Both the position numbers and the translations under genes were made by a program. A model generated the notes under the pieces. It was not told the DNA's origin. It worked only from the letters and a program-made list of their open reading frames with translations, and did no database searches. This document shows, one piece after another, positions 21,931-35,456 of a stretch of 64,000 nt of DNA. The DNA comes from Squalus acanthias. Lineage: Eukaryota. Positions within the stretch are counted from its first letter, which is position 1; every line of letters begins with the position of its first letter. The DNA lies in assembly GCA_030390025.1 (NCBI GenBank), contig CM059431.1, forward strand, positions 108,998,001 through 109,062,000, given 5' to 3'.

Positions 21931-23139
21931 CGGGTGGGTTCTATAGCAGGCAGGTGATCTGCTCTGCTAGATAACCACTTATGCGATGAAAACAAAAATC
22001 TACCCCACCATCACCGTCAGGACCCCTCCTTAAATAGCAAGCCATTATGAAGAACTTTCATTCATTGCTTTTGTTTATTTCTGTCCTTCTGTTGATTCTT
22101 GTGACTCATTTTATTTTTGTTTGGACAGTGAATGCCAATGACACCTTTGACATGGACGGCTTCTTGAGCCCAACATTGTGAGGGACCTGGCTTAAAAAAC
22201 ACAGGTAAGTGCGCACACAAACACAACTGAACTGCAAGGCTAACAATATCGCTATTAATGAAAATCAGCTCACTGGTACCATTGGACTTGTAACTACTCC
22301 AGGTCAATAATGCTATCAAGACTCATTATTTAACCAAAAACTAACGTGTTTAAAAAAATGAACAGAAAAGAGTCTACAGGTGCCAGTATTTTTTCAACCA
22401 TTGGCTGTCTTACTCAGCAAAAAATATATTAAGCATTGTTTAAAAAAAATGGTCAGTGACTACCTCCCCTTCAACTAAAAACATATGTGCTCTATGTTTT
22501 GACCCTTTGCCTGCTAAACGCACAATTTGAATAATTGTTTCCGTTTATCCAGAGAGTCTACTGGATAATAAGGTGCCTAGAGTTTCAGAAAGTAGAACAC
22601 AGCAATCTTTTTATTTCCCTTATTTTGTAATTATCATCAGTAATATCATTTTACTTTTCCAAATGAGGTTGAGGAACATGTGTCTTACCTCTTTCATAAC
22701 CTCAGCTCACGCTGGGAGTAATTAATGTTAATAGGAAACTCTAGCAAAGAATGAGCCACTTTGATTTTCTTCTCCCCGCTTTGTAGATCCCATTACTTTG
22801 GCTGCCTTTAGATTGAATTAGGTACAGCGTCAGCTCTGAAGGCTCCAGAAGTGCACAGCAAGCGACAACCCCAAGGTAAACCTGCTGTGTTGGCCAAGAC
22901 TGGCATTGGCAGGAGCTATTTTTTCCAACAGGGCCCACTTTGCTCAGCGCTGCCCAATTTTTGGAAGAGGTCCTCAAGTAGGTGTTAGGCTTTTCATTAA
23001 CATACATAAAGGACCTAACGTTTAAGGCGGCCACCTGATTATCGTCCAAGGCCAATATAGCGCTGGAAATATTTTCGGTGTCGTTAGGGCACAGGACATT
23101 GCCCCGCACAATTGTTCCTTTTTGCCCCTGTTTTCTGCC

Positions 23140-23495
23140 CATAAACTTAAGCTCACCAAAAACTCTACTGCTCGTATCCTAACTCGCAGCAAGTCCTGTT
23201 CTTCCATTACCCCTGTGATCGCTGACCGACATTAGCTCCCGGGTCCGCCAATGCCTCCGTTTTTAAAATTCTGATCCTTGTGTTCAAATCCCTCCGTGGC
23301 CTCACCCCTTCCCTATCTCTGTAACCTCCTCCAGCCCTGCAAACCTCTGGAAAGACTCTGCCTTCCTCTAATTCTGGCCTTTTATCCTTCGCCCCACCAT
23401 TGGCGGCCATGCCTTCAGCTGCCTAGGTCCTAAGCTCTGGAATTCCCCCCCTAAACCTCTCCACTTTTATATTCTCCCTTAAGACCTTCCTTTAA
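23140..23495 (+). mobile_element. L2 LINE 3' fragment
   Basis: aaaactctactgctcgtatcctaactcgc...ctctggaattccccccctaaacctct. Confidence 0.85.
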
Positions 23496-24284
23496 GGAGA
23501 AGAGAATTCCTCTCCCAATATTTCAGAGTTACCAGTTTGCCTTGATTTAAGTAAAAACTTGGCCATGCCATTTATTAATCAACATTAACATTCCAGTAAG
23601 GTAGACACTTCTCACAAAACGATGTGTATTTATGTCTTGAGAATACTAAATGTGCTAATTTCCAGTTTTGTTCAAGTCTACTGCCTAAATTGCATCTGTA
23701 TGGCAGATCGACTTAAATCCACATCAACAGTATATGTCTATTATACTGGATTTTAATGAAACCAAATTGCCTACGAGTTCCAGCGACACAAAACCTATTA
23801 ATTTAGATTTAATATGAATTAAGACTTAATACAGATAAAAACCAGCCTGTATAAAGTATGTTGGGAGCCTTAATGAATATTAACTATGAACTGCTCTGTG
23901 ATAACCTGCTTTAAAAATGAATAGGCTATAGATTAATTTAGACTAGAGATTACGCTCATTACTTTACAGCAAATCTAACATTCTGCGTTACGGAGAGAAA
24001 CCAATAAATTAACAATGATTGCAGTGGAACAAGTTGTACAAAAACACAAATCTGTGCGTGCTCATAAGGCAGCAGCTCAATCCAGCACAAGCTAATTTCT
24101 TGTTTATGTGTTTCTAATTAAATGGACATTTTAGCCTAGACATTCAGGACCCCACTCTGCTGTCGGAAGCGAGGTGGAGCAGAACTTCTGCCCAACCATC
24201 TCCCCCGACCCCACCCCAAATCTGGCGGGGGGGGGGGGTGGGGGCGGTGGTATTTGCGTCATTGGGTGGGTGCTCACACCATTT

Positions 24285-24810
24285 ACAACAACAACTTGCA
24301 CTTATATAGCGCCTTTATAAAACATCCCAAGGAGAATCACAGGAGCATTATCAGACAAAAATTGACACTTAGCCAAAGAAGGAGATATTAGGACAGGTGA
24401 CCAAAAGCTTGGTCGAAGAGATAAGTTTTAAGGAAGGTCTTAAAGGAGAAGAGAAAAGTGGAGAGGTGGAGAGGTTTAGGAAGGGAAGGAGATCCAGAGC
24501 TTAGGACCTAGGCCGCTGAAGGCACGGCCACCGATGGTGGGGTGAAGGAAGTGGGGAATGGACAAGAGGCCAGAGTTAGAGGAACGCAGAGTTTTTCCCA
24601 GGGGTTTGCAGGGTTGGAGGAGGTTACAGAGATAGGGAGGGGGCGAGGCCACGGGAGGATTTGAACACGAGGATCAGCATTTTAAAACTGAGACATTGGC
24701 AGACCAGGAGCTAATGTAGTTCAGCAAGCACAGGGGTGATGAGAGAACAGGCCTCGCTACGAGTTAGGATACGAGCAGTAGAGTTTTGAATGAGCTTAAG
24801 TTTACGGGGC
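24285..24810 (-). mobile_element. L2 LINE 3' fragment
   Basis: KLKLIQNSTARILTR...ITPVLAELH; (ttg)n tail. Confidence 0.88.
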
Positions 24811-25059
24811 TCCTGGGGTGCTGGCCACACTGGGCCGGTCTGGCCTGAGTGTCTCAATGTAAAAATGCTATGCTGCTCCCACGCTCTTGTAACTTCAAAC
24901 ATCTCTCAGAGATTGACTGCAATTAGGAGAAGGCCCACTTACAGCCATCGTATACCAATAATGCATGTTTCATGCAGACATGCTTACTGTAGGCCGTATG
25001 CTATCAAGATTTCTGGGGAACCAGCACCCTACCAGTCACCAGATGTGTGGATGGCTGTC

Positions 25060-25269
25060 AGAAGAAAGAGCCAAAGAAGGAGACATTAGGACATGTGACC
25101 AAAAGCTTGGTCAACGAGATATGTTTTAAGGAGGGTCTGAAAGAGGAGATTCTGAAAGAGGAGAGAAACGTGGAGAGGTGGAGAGGTTTAGGAGGGAATT
25201 CCAGAGCTTGGGGCCTAGGTAGCTGAAAGCATGGCTGCCAATGATGGGGTGAAGAAAGTAGGGAATGGA
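25060..25269 (-). mobile_element. L2 3' fragment
   Basis: gaaggagacattaggacatgtgaccaaaagcttggtcaa matches the other L2 tails. Confidence 0.8.
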
Positions 25270-25868
25270 CATAAGAACATAAGAAATAGGAGCAGGAGTC
25301 GGCCATTCGGCCCCTCGAGCCTGCTCCGCTATTCAATAAGATCATGGCTGATCTTTTACCTCATCTCCACTTTCCTGCACTATCCCCATATCCCTTGATT
25401 CCCTTAATATTCAAAAATCCATCGATGTCAGTCTTGAATATCCTCAACGACGGAGCCTCCACAGCCCTCTGGGTTAGAGAATTCCAAAGATTCACCACCC
25501 TCTGAGTGAAGAAATTTCTCCTCATCTCAGTCCTAAATGCCTGACCCCTTATCCTGAGACTGTGACCCTTGGTTCTAGACTCCCCAGCCAGGGGAAACAT
25601 CCTCCCTGCTTCTACTCTGTCAAGCCCTGTAAAGAATTTTGTATGTTTCAATGAGATCATCTCTCACTCTTCTAAATTCGAGAGAATATAGGCCTAGTCT
25701 ACTCAATCTCTCCTCACAGGACAATCCCCCCATCCCAGGAACCAGTCTGGTGAACCCTTGTTGCACTCCGTCTATGGCAAGTATATCCTTCCTTAGGTAA
25801 GGAGACCAAAACTATACACAATACTTCGGGTGTGGTCTCACCAGGGCCCTATATAATTGCAGACAAGA
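25270..25868 (-). mobile_element. CR1 LINE 3' fragment
   Basis: RMFPLAGESRTKGHSLRIRG...FFTQRVVNLWNSL; (ttcttatg)n tail. Confidence 0.92.
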
Positions 25869-27589
25869 GGCCACCCCCCCGCCCCCACTCCCATTTAGAA
25901 TTCCTGAAAGAGGGCAGGAAGGGGAAAAAGGTATGGCTGAAACTGTTTCCACCCCAAATTCTACCCCAGATTATGGCAATTACGCACCCATAACAGGCTG
26001 GAATTTCTATACCTTTGTATTCAATGCCAGCTTTATGTAGTTGATTTTTGCTGATGTTTACTTCCACTCTGGTTGATAGCAATAACTATGTTGACGTGAC
26101 AGTGACAAATTTTGTTTTGCCGGGACCTATGAGCTGCTGTTGAATTTTTGCTGTGTGACTCCTGCAAGATCACAGCCAGGCTTAAAAAGAAAGCACAACA
26201 TCCTATAACTTGCAATCGCCTGTTTACTTGTGTAAACCCCCATTTGTATTATTTTTAAAGCCCCGGTAGATCTTTTGAGGTCTCCATATTCTTGTGGAAT
26301 TGATCCATTAGCAACAAACACAATGCAGTGAAACCTTTCGAAGATTTAAAATTAATCTCAAGGTTCAATGATTATAAACTGCTTTCATGATTTTATTAAA
26401 TGTTAAACCTGACCCCTTCCCACCCACAAATAAATTATGGTTTTGCTTCAACCAACCCTCACCAGCTACTCATTATCTGTCGTGCAGTTCAAAGCACAGA
26501 GACTTAACTGCCTTTACTCACTGGATATACTGGAGTGTACAACACACTTGCTTGGTTTGGATTGGTTCCTTTGCTGGCTCCCGGTCTCTAAACCCTCACA
26601 TTCACAACAGAAATGACAACATCTGTGTAGAAACAGAAAACTAAGAGGGAGATCAGACATTGAGGCAAGCCTTTGCTTTGAATTAAAAATGTGTTCAGTG
26701 TGCACACCTCCACTCTTATTCTTCTTCAACTACCTGTCTGTTGGCATAAGTTGGTATTAAGACATCAATATTGTACCACACAAATTAAATGTTCTTTTGC
26801 ATGGAATAGACTTTCCTCAAAGCCCGAGGTTGCGATTCCGAAACAAAGGATTAAAAAAAAAACCAGAAAACTGCTGAAATGTCCCTGTACATTACCAAAA
26901 AACATGAGTTTAGATAGAATAACTCATGACACAAACAATCATACGCAGGGCCACTTTTCTGAAGTCATGCTCCTGATGAAGAACCTTCTGCACCACAAGA
27001 GCAGATTAGAAAATCACAGTCAGCAAGTTGGCAATGCCAGCTATAACTGATCACAGACGAGGCTCCATTCAGGAGCACAATTTCGGAAAATTCGGGATCT
27101 TTATTGGGATGAGACTCATATCGACTTTAAAACTTCAACAACAACAACTTGCATTTATATAGGTGATCCCAAGTTCACCTTCCTACCCCTCGTCCAATCC
27201 ACCACCAAGACTGCTTTCTTTTACTTGTGAAATATTGCTCCACTCCACCATTATCTCTGTCCTTCTGCTGCTTAAACCCTGAATCATGCCTTTATCACCT
27301 GAGACAGGACTTCTCAAACATTCTCCTTGCCAGCCTTCCCTCTTCCGCCCACTTTGTACAAGTCACCCAAAATACTGCGACCTGCTCTCTCATCCACGCT
27401 ATGACCCGTATCCCATCACTGCTGGCTCCCTCCCCAACTTCAGATGCCTGTGGCCACAACCCTCGCTAACTCAGCTAGCTCCTCCAACTGCATGTCCCTG
27501 CTGGCATTCTCTGCTCCTTTGACACTGGCTTACTTTGTTGTTCCTTGCTCCCTCTACTCAACCATCTGTCGCTGCTGTTTCAGCCTTTC

Positions 27590-27929
27590 AGAGGTGCCGT
27601 CTTTCGGATGAGACGTTAAACCAAAGGCCCCGTCTGCTCTTTCAGGTGGACGTAATAGATCCCATGGCACTATTTCGAAGAAGAGCGGGGGAGTTATCCC
27701 CGGTGTTCTGGGCCAATATTTATCCCTCAATCAACATAACAAAAACAGTTTATCTGGTCATTATCACATTGCTGTTTGTGGGAGCTTGCTGTGCGCAAAT
27801 TGGCTGCCGCATTTCCCACATTACAACAGTGACTACATTTCAAAAGTACTTCATTGGCTGTAAAGCACTTTGGGACGTCCGGTGGTCGTGAAAGGCGCTA
27901 TAGAAATGCAAGTCTTTCTTTTCTTTCTT
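27590..27929 (+). mobile_element. 5'-truncated Deu-domain SINE nested in a degenerate L2 (about 27170-28140)
   Basis: Family match; L2-like sequence resumes after the (ctttt) tail (ctctgtaactcactccctcagcatcttcgcctc). Confidence 0.82.
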
Positions 27930-29095
27930 TATGCCTCCACCCTCTGTAACTCACTCCCTCAGCATCTTCGCCTCATGGTCTTCCTCCCAGGATTCAAAAA
28001 GCTCTTAAAAGCCCTTCTCTTCAACCAGTCCCTTCTACCAGCCTCCCCCACCCGCATCTCTTCCCTTTCTCCCTCCTGCTCCATGTCTAGTTGGTCAACA
28101 CCCTATAAAGAACTTCGAGACCCTGGATGTGAGGAGTAGGATACAAATGAAAGTTGCTCGTCAAAACGGAGGCTAAAATTACTCTTAAAAAAATTAACAA
28201 CTTTTTTTTTCAAAAAAGCTCACGTTGATTGGTTTTAGATCAGCTTTAAATATTCGGCCAACAAAGGAGCACAGGGAGGCACATGGGCTTGCTTTATACT
28301 TGCTTATTCCATGTCTAGATCTTTATTCCAGTGGCATTGATGTTTCCTGAGCTTCATGTTTGCACGTTAAGTTCGGTGTCAATCTTCATATACATCAGAT
28401 GAACATTCAATGTGTCTCTGACAGGGAAGACAGGCCAGCTGTGTCCTAAGAAGCTCGATTTATGCTGAGTCTTCATTGTTTGAAAGAAAAGCACAAATCC
28501 TAATTTTTTTTCTGAATAAATAAATTAGTTTGGCCTTTATGTGCAATGAATTATTGATACCCCCCCAGAGTATATGTATTTGAATAATATATAAAATGTA
28601 CCCCCCAAACTTATTCATTAAATTGTAATTAATGTAGAATTTATATCATTACAATGCATCGCATGTTTTAATTGGTTTCTTAAACGCAGACCCCCTTCCC
28701 GCCACCATCACCACACCCCCCACAGAGTGATAGATTATTTTGAACTAAGAGGAGCTTTAAATAACCTTGCGATTTTTATTTACTCACGGTTATTAAAATA
28801 GTTTTTTTTTTAAATTGCAGGGATTATATTTCATTTCATTTTGCCCTAATCTTCGAGCTTTGCAGAAAACTGTCCAACTGCATTTGAGACCGGCAGGTCT
28901 GTGTTTCCAATCTGCTTCAACCATTGTAAATGGGCACGTTGATTAACACGGTACATTTTGTAAAGTGCAACACAAAGCAACACTTAAGACTTAATGTGCT
29001 CGGAAAAGATGTGTAACTAATTTGTTTTTTTGGAGAGAGCATATTGCCAACATTATGTAACCAGGGTAAGAAATTGAATACGGTTTTAGTCCAAC

Positions 29096-29231
29096 TAAAC
29101 AGCTTTGTATTCCCTTCAAAATGCTAAATGGTGGCCATTTGGCAATGCAGACTATGTCACTAAGTTATATTTCTTTGGAATTGGAATCTTCGGCCATTAG
29201 CCAAACCCTGGAGTCACATGACAGAACTATT
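29096..29231 (+). repeat. Source copy of a 136-bp local direct duplication
   Basis: Ungapped match to 29775-29910 with 9 substitutions by my count. Confidence 0.93.
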
Positions 29232-29609
29232 GTAAGTTTGTGTCAGCAGATAACTTTTCTTTTTAATTTTCTCCTGAAGGCGCTGACACGTGTTTCCATA
29301 GAAGCTGGCTGTCCTTTAGCACCTCTCCCACGCAGCCATTCTTCTTGTGTGAGGCTAAAGCTCTTATTACAATTAGAAGCATCGTTGATGAGCCGGTTCC
29401 TGTCCTGACTTGGCATCTGCACATCTGCTCATTGCAGCAGGGGTCGAGGGACAGTGATCAGGTGCATTAATCCTGGCTGATATTTTTATTTCCTAACCTC
29501 GGCGCACAGAAAGTAGCATCCTTGGTGAGACCAACTGACGCAGCTCAAACAAGGATTGAGCCCCGAGACCTTTCTGGGTAGTGCACTTACCAACTGAATC
29601 AGCAGAGGA

Positions 29610-30052
29610 TCAGAGAACCCCGTGTTCCTCCAATTCTGTCCTCACGCGCATCCCTGATTTCCTTGGCTCCACTATTGGCGGTGGTGCCTTCAGCTGTCTG
29701 GACTCTAAGTTCTGGAATTCCCTCCCTAAACCTCTCTGCTTCACTACTTCTCTCTCCTCCGTTAAAACCCTCCTTAAACAGCTTTGTATTCCCTTCAAAA
29801 TGCTAAATGGTGGACGTTCGGCAATGCAGACTATGTCACCAAGTTAAATTTCTTTGGAATTGGAATCTTCGTCCATTAGCCAAACACTTGAGTCACATGA
29901 CAGGACTATTTAGTTAACTAAGCTTTTGGTCACCTGTCCTAATATCTCCTTATGTGGCTTGGTGTCAAATATTGCCTATTTACACTCCTGTGAAGCGCCT
30001 TGGGACGTTTTACTATGTTAAAGGTGCTATATAAATGCAAGATGTTCTTGTT
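29610..30052 (+). mobile_element. L2 3' end interrupted by a duplicated 136-bp local segment (29775-29910)
   Basis: ttctggaattccctccctaaacctctc...[insert]...aagcttttggtcacctgtcctaatatctcc...aaaggtgctatataaatgcaag. Confidence 0.87.
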
Positions 30053-31399
30053 ATTTTTGGCTGTAATATGTTCCCCCTCCTCAGTCAAATAGCCTCCTAA
30101 TACTTAGTGTATAGGGTTACACTTAGAGGGCCAGTAGATGGCTCAGTTGATAAGATCACTGAGTAATTGAAGTATACAAACTGAAAAGGTCCCCCATTTG
30201 ACTCTTAATCTGGGCTAAATGCGCTGGTCTGAGGTGGGAGTGTGTTGATAGTGTTATCATTAACCTGATGCCTTGGAATTTAGGAGTGGAAAATCAGCCA
30301 GGGTTCCTGCTCCTGATCCCTCTCCAGCAGAGCCTGCTGGGAAGTGTGCGATGTGTGTAGATGTTGGGGGGTGGGGGGGGGCTTTTATCCCTCTAACCCC
30401 CCCCCCTCCCCACCCTCCTGAATCGTTTGCTGTTGCGCACTATCTACCCCCGTACATGAAGGTATGACTGCTTGGACCAGATACCAGAGGGCGACTCGTG
30501 CCCATGCAATTCCACCCCAGCAAGGAGTCAATGGGGGAGGAATTGGTTAGCGCCCGGGTGACGGGCACGAAACGGGACATGGGTTTGAGCCTCTCCCAAA
30601 ATTGTTCCTCGGGCACTGTTTCAGTAGGGCTGGCGAGCTGCCGGTGCCTGTTGTGCCCCCAGAGGCAGCACTACTGGTTTGAAGATTTCCAATTAGGGCC
30701 AGCTGTCAGTCATGGGATGGGGTAGGGTGGGCTAGCCCAGGCTGGGAGCAGCTTTCAGGAGTGTTGTGGACCCGGGACCAACATTTCTGCTCCTCCTAGC
30801 TCCACGTAGATTCATACAGCACAGAAGGAGGCCATTCAACCCATCACGTCTATGCAAATGAAGATAAGGGAACCTTAGACAAGCGTTAGGCCCCTGATTA
30901 ATAAATGCAAGGGGCATAATGCCTGCTTAAGATGGATGCCTGACCATCATCGAAGGCCAATATGACGTTGGACGTACTTCAGGCATCCTTGGGGTGTGGA
31001 ACAAAGCCCTGTGAAATTGATACTTCTTGCTACAAATTTTCTGCCCAGAAAACGGATATAACGGGGATCAATTTCTCACCCAATTCTTTCAGGATATGGA
31101 GGGGAGGGAAATATGGGAGGGAAAAAAAGAAGTGGTAGGCAGGATTGCCAAGGAAAGAGGATGCTTATGGGAGCATGAATCAACCAGAGAGAATGGCAGA
31201 AAACTGAACAAAAGAAGAAGAAAAAAAGGTGAAAGAAAAAGATAGATAATTGCAGCCAAAACTCGCTGCTGCATCCAACAAAGAGACATTGGAGGCACTT
31301 TGTGAGCAAGGTGTTCCTTGAACTGAGCCTCTCCGAAAACTTAACAGAAACAAACATTAGGAACAAGAACAGGCCATGACGTCTAAATCGACTGCACGT

Positions 31400-31580
31400 A
31401 GAATCACAGAATTTTACAGCACAGAAGGAGGCCATTCGGCCCATCGTGCTGTGCCGGCTCTTTGAAAGAGCTGTCCAATTAGTCCCTCACCCCAGCCTTT
31501 GCCCCCATAACCCTGCAAATTAGTCCTCTTCTAGTACATGTCCAATTGTCTTTTGAAAGTTCCTACGGAATGCGATTCCA
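31400..31580 (-). mobile_element. CR1 3' tail
   Basis: agaatcacagaattttacagcacagaaggaggccattcggcccatcgtg. Confidence 0.8.
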
Positions 31581-32509
31581 CTCCTACCACATGTACCCTT
31601 CCTCGCAAAGATCGCACAGTCCTTTATGAGAATATCCCCAATGCAGCATTGCTGTCAGCCTTTCAAACAACATGCTCTCTCACAGCAGCTCATTACCTTT
31701 TTATTTAATTTATATATTGTCAGATTGGTTCCAAGGCGGCTCAATGAGCAGAATTGAAAGGAAATAATAAAGAGACAGGTACACCTTACAGGAAAATAAT
31801 GTCGCTCAGCATTAGCCCAACATGCCTAAACTAATCTCAATATATGTTACATCTATGACGCACAACGTCTATGGTTTAATTATTCATTACTCTGTGACTT
31901 ATTATAAATCAAGGATTAAATTATCTTTTTCAAAGTTAATACTCCAGCCATAAATCATTTGACTTCAAACAGTTCACCTTTCTGTGTTTCTAGCTTTATT
32001 CTAATTACAACTTCATTAGCGCTAAAGCTGATAAAATTTATATTCGAGCCCTTTTGGGGACCTAAGTACATATAAACCACAATAAATTGGGGGACTGGAT
32101 AATAGGATTATGATTTATTTTATTTTTAGTCACTCACCGCTAATAATTAAAAAAAAACAATACTGTGTACACATCTTCAATAACCTGCTAATGCTCTAAC
32201 TCTTTAGAACTTTGGCAAGTTCTGAGGGTGTGAAAGGCACTATTTTAATTCAAGTTCTTATCTTTTCTTTTAAATCTGAAAGAGTAAACACAATTGGCTG
32301 AACAAAATGGATTCTATCTATTGCCTGGTAATTGGTGCCAGTGAGGAAATGGTCTTCAGGATTGACATGAAGCAAGACAAAGGACACCCTTGGAGGTCAC
32401 CACACTCAATCTATTGCAGATATCAAATCTGTAATACAAAAACATGTATCCTTTAAAAATGTATTTTAAAAAGGATATAATAAAACTAAATAGTGACAAA
32501 GGCTACAAT

Positions 32510-32950
32510 ACGATACTTGGGCTAAAAGGGTTAAATTATGAGAACAGGTGGCATAGTCTAGGCTTGTATTCCCTTGGGTATAGAAGATTCAGGGGTGAGG
32601 TGTTTAAGATGATTGAAGGAGTTGATGGTGTAGATTGAGAGAATCGATTTCCTCTGGTGGGGGAATCCAGAAAAGGGTGCAAGTTAGAGCTAGTCCGTCA
32701 GGGGTGAAGTCAGAAAGCACTCCTTCACACAAAGGTTAATGCAAATCTGGAACTCTCTTCCCCAAAAGCTTGTTGAGGCTGGGGGTCAATTGAAAATTTC
32801 AAAACTGAGATTGATAGATTTTTGTTAGGCAATGGTATTAAGGATGACAGAACCAAGGCGGGTAGATGGAGTTGAGATAGAAATCAGCCATGATCTATTT
32901 GAATGGCGGAACAGGCTCGAGGGGCTGTATGGCCGACTCCTGTTCCTACG
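32510..32950 (+). mobile_element. CR1 3' fragment
   Basis: GLKGLNYENR...LGLYSL; 3' UTR atcagccatgatctatttgaatggcggaacaggctcgagggg. Confidence 0.87.
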
Positions 32951-34189
32951 TGGCAAAACAGATTCTCTTAAGTAAATAGCATAGTGCGAGTGGCTTCAAC
33001 TGCAATATTGGTATAGTGAACAACTGCATTGAAAAAAAATTTGCTACTGAATTATTATTGAATGCTTACTGTTCAATTTCACTGCTCACTCAAAGGCTAA
33101 CCCAGCCAGAGGGACATATTAAAAAGACGACCAGACGCACACAGAGTATCAACTTCAGATATCGACAACATTGTCAACCTGAAGGGAAATTACAAGTTTC
33201 AAAAAAAATATCTCTTGCATTTCTTGATGTTTGGCATTGCTTTCTGTGCAATTAGAGCATCGCTTTGGGGATTCTTTGAGTTTGCTTTTGAAAAATCTTG
33301 AACACAAAAATGAAACGTCTTCTATTACATGCCATTGATTTTATAGGTAGGTATTAAGGCTTGAAAGTAAAAACCTGAAAAATGATTCATTTCCATAAGA
33401 AAGCCACTTACCAGCCTACCACAGAATTAATCCTGATGAGAAAACATCTGAAGGAGGGAGTGGAAGGAGATTAAAAAGCAACGGCATTACCTTGTTATTA
33501 CAGCTCTTGTCGAACCGTGATTCTGTATCAATTACAGCTCACTCTGTTAGACTCAATTAAAAGCTCACACACAAGCAGCATGAATGTGAAATACTTAATA
33601 CACCGCAAAGAGCAAATTGAGGAAGTCATTCTTACTCAAATTCAGCTTTCAAAGCTCAACAAAAGCAAAGCCGAATGATATTCTTCCTTTGAGAAAAGCA
33701 CAAAGACGCTCTGATTTGAATAGAAATAATAAAATAAAACAACTGCATCACAGGTTCCAATCTGATTTTTCTTGCAATTAAAATGCCGACTGATCTCGGA
33801 TGGGGCAACAGGACAGGGGCAGCAATTGGCCTTGGCACTGCTGGGTCAGGGAGAGGATAACCAGTTCCTGATCGCCATCCAAGAACTACTGCTGTAAAGA
33901 CTTGTGTGCGAACAGGACCAGACCCAGATGTGATGTCCCCTGGGTCAATGTGTATGTATAAAACACATAATCTAGGTAAGACCCGAATACTAAAAGTACT
34001 GAGAAAACTCGGGTTATTGAAGGTCCAACTGGAAAAAAAAAAGCAAATAAAACATTGCATTTGGTACAAGAGAAAGCAAGCATTGAAACTCGAAACAATC
34101 AAAAAAAACTGGAAACTTTAAGTGCACTTTTGCCTGGTTTTCATTGTGTAAACAATGTATAGTTGTGTTTTTATTGACACGAGCATGGT

Positions 34190-34398
34190 CAGGCTAGTGG
34201 AAATCTGAAACTCTCTCCCCAGGCTGGGGGGTCAATTGAAAATTTCAATACTAAGGTTGATAGATGTTTGTGAGGCAAGGGTATTAAGGCTTAAGGAACC
34301 AAGGCTGGTAGATGGAGTTAAGATACAAATCAGCCATGATTTAATTGAATGGTGGAACAGGCTTGAGGGGCTGAATGGCCTACTTCTGTTCCTATGTT
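34190..34398 (+). mobile_element. CR1 3' tail
   Basis: Same subfamily as 32510-32950. Confidence 0.8.
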
Positions 34399-34434
34399 AT
34401 TGCTCCGCTACTTTCATCTCTTGTCCTTCAAAGC

Positions 34435-35180
34435 TCCAATTTTGCACTCCCTGCAATTTGCGGTTGTAATGGCAGCGAAACTGTCAGCATTCGCCATCAT
34501 TACTGTGTGGAACTGACAACAACTTCTGGCGTCCGCACATGCACAGTTAAATGCGGAAATCCGGAAGTTGCTGTCAGTCATTCCCTGCTCTGACACAGGG
34601 TGTGCTGTTGAAGTCCTCACAGATGGAATCAGCACAGAATCAGTGATTTGACGTCAACTTCAACTTTTCGCCCTGTAAAAACCCTTGAAAAAGTTAAGCC
34701 TTGTTGAATGAGGTGTAACTGGGTTTTTAACGGCGTACTAAGTCATAATTATTGCTGAACAACCTCTCCGTTCCTGAAAAACTAATTTTATATTGTGGAG
34801 TGTCATATCTATAGATTTTTAAAATAATAAAAATTAATTTTAATTTTATTTTTAAAAGTTTGTTTATGATATTTCAGCTTCTGCCTTAATCCCATGTATA
34901 AGTCCCAATCTTTATTTTGCTTTCTGTAAAATTATTAAAAAGTGAATGACAAAACCTGCGTTTTACTTCCTGGTTTGCTGTCTGTGTGAATTCCTCAATG
35001 TGATTGGCTGCTTAGCTTGTTGCTGGAAGTCACAGATCCCCTATAGATGTCACCAGATGAAAAGTCACATTGGGAAAAGTGAAATCAACACCACAGCGAC
35101 TGCTAAATGTTTGTGGGCAGCTTTCTTTGAGGTCAGCAGTGAGCGCTGTCACTTCACCGCTGACCGCAAAATCCAGGCCA
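34435..35180. mobile_element. TIR-type non-autonomous element
   Basis: Ends ccaattttgc(actc)/(aatttgcggt) and accgcaaaatccaggcc. Confidence 0.55.
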
Positions 35181-35456
35181 GTGTGTTGAAATGAGTCTTC
35201 TACTCCAACTCTTTCTTTCCTAAGTCCTCAAAAGTGTGGAACTCCTTACCTCCCTCAGCCTTTGCTTCCTCTTACTATCTTCAGGCTTTTAGTATCCCAA
35301 ACCCCTAGTATCGCTTAGCCACTTTTGCCTACTCTTTTGTTTTTTTAGCTTTGGAAGTTTCCTACTCCTAGATTCAGCGAGATGCCACAATAATCACACT
35401 GCTACAGCTACTCCTGTGCCATACTAAGCAGAGGATACAACGTATTTAGCAGTGGG

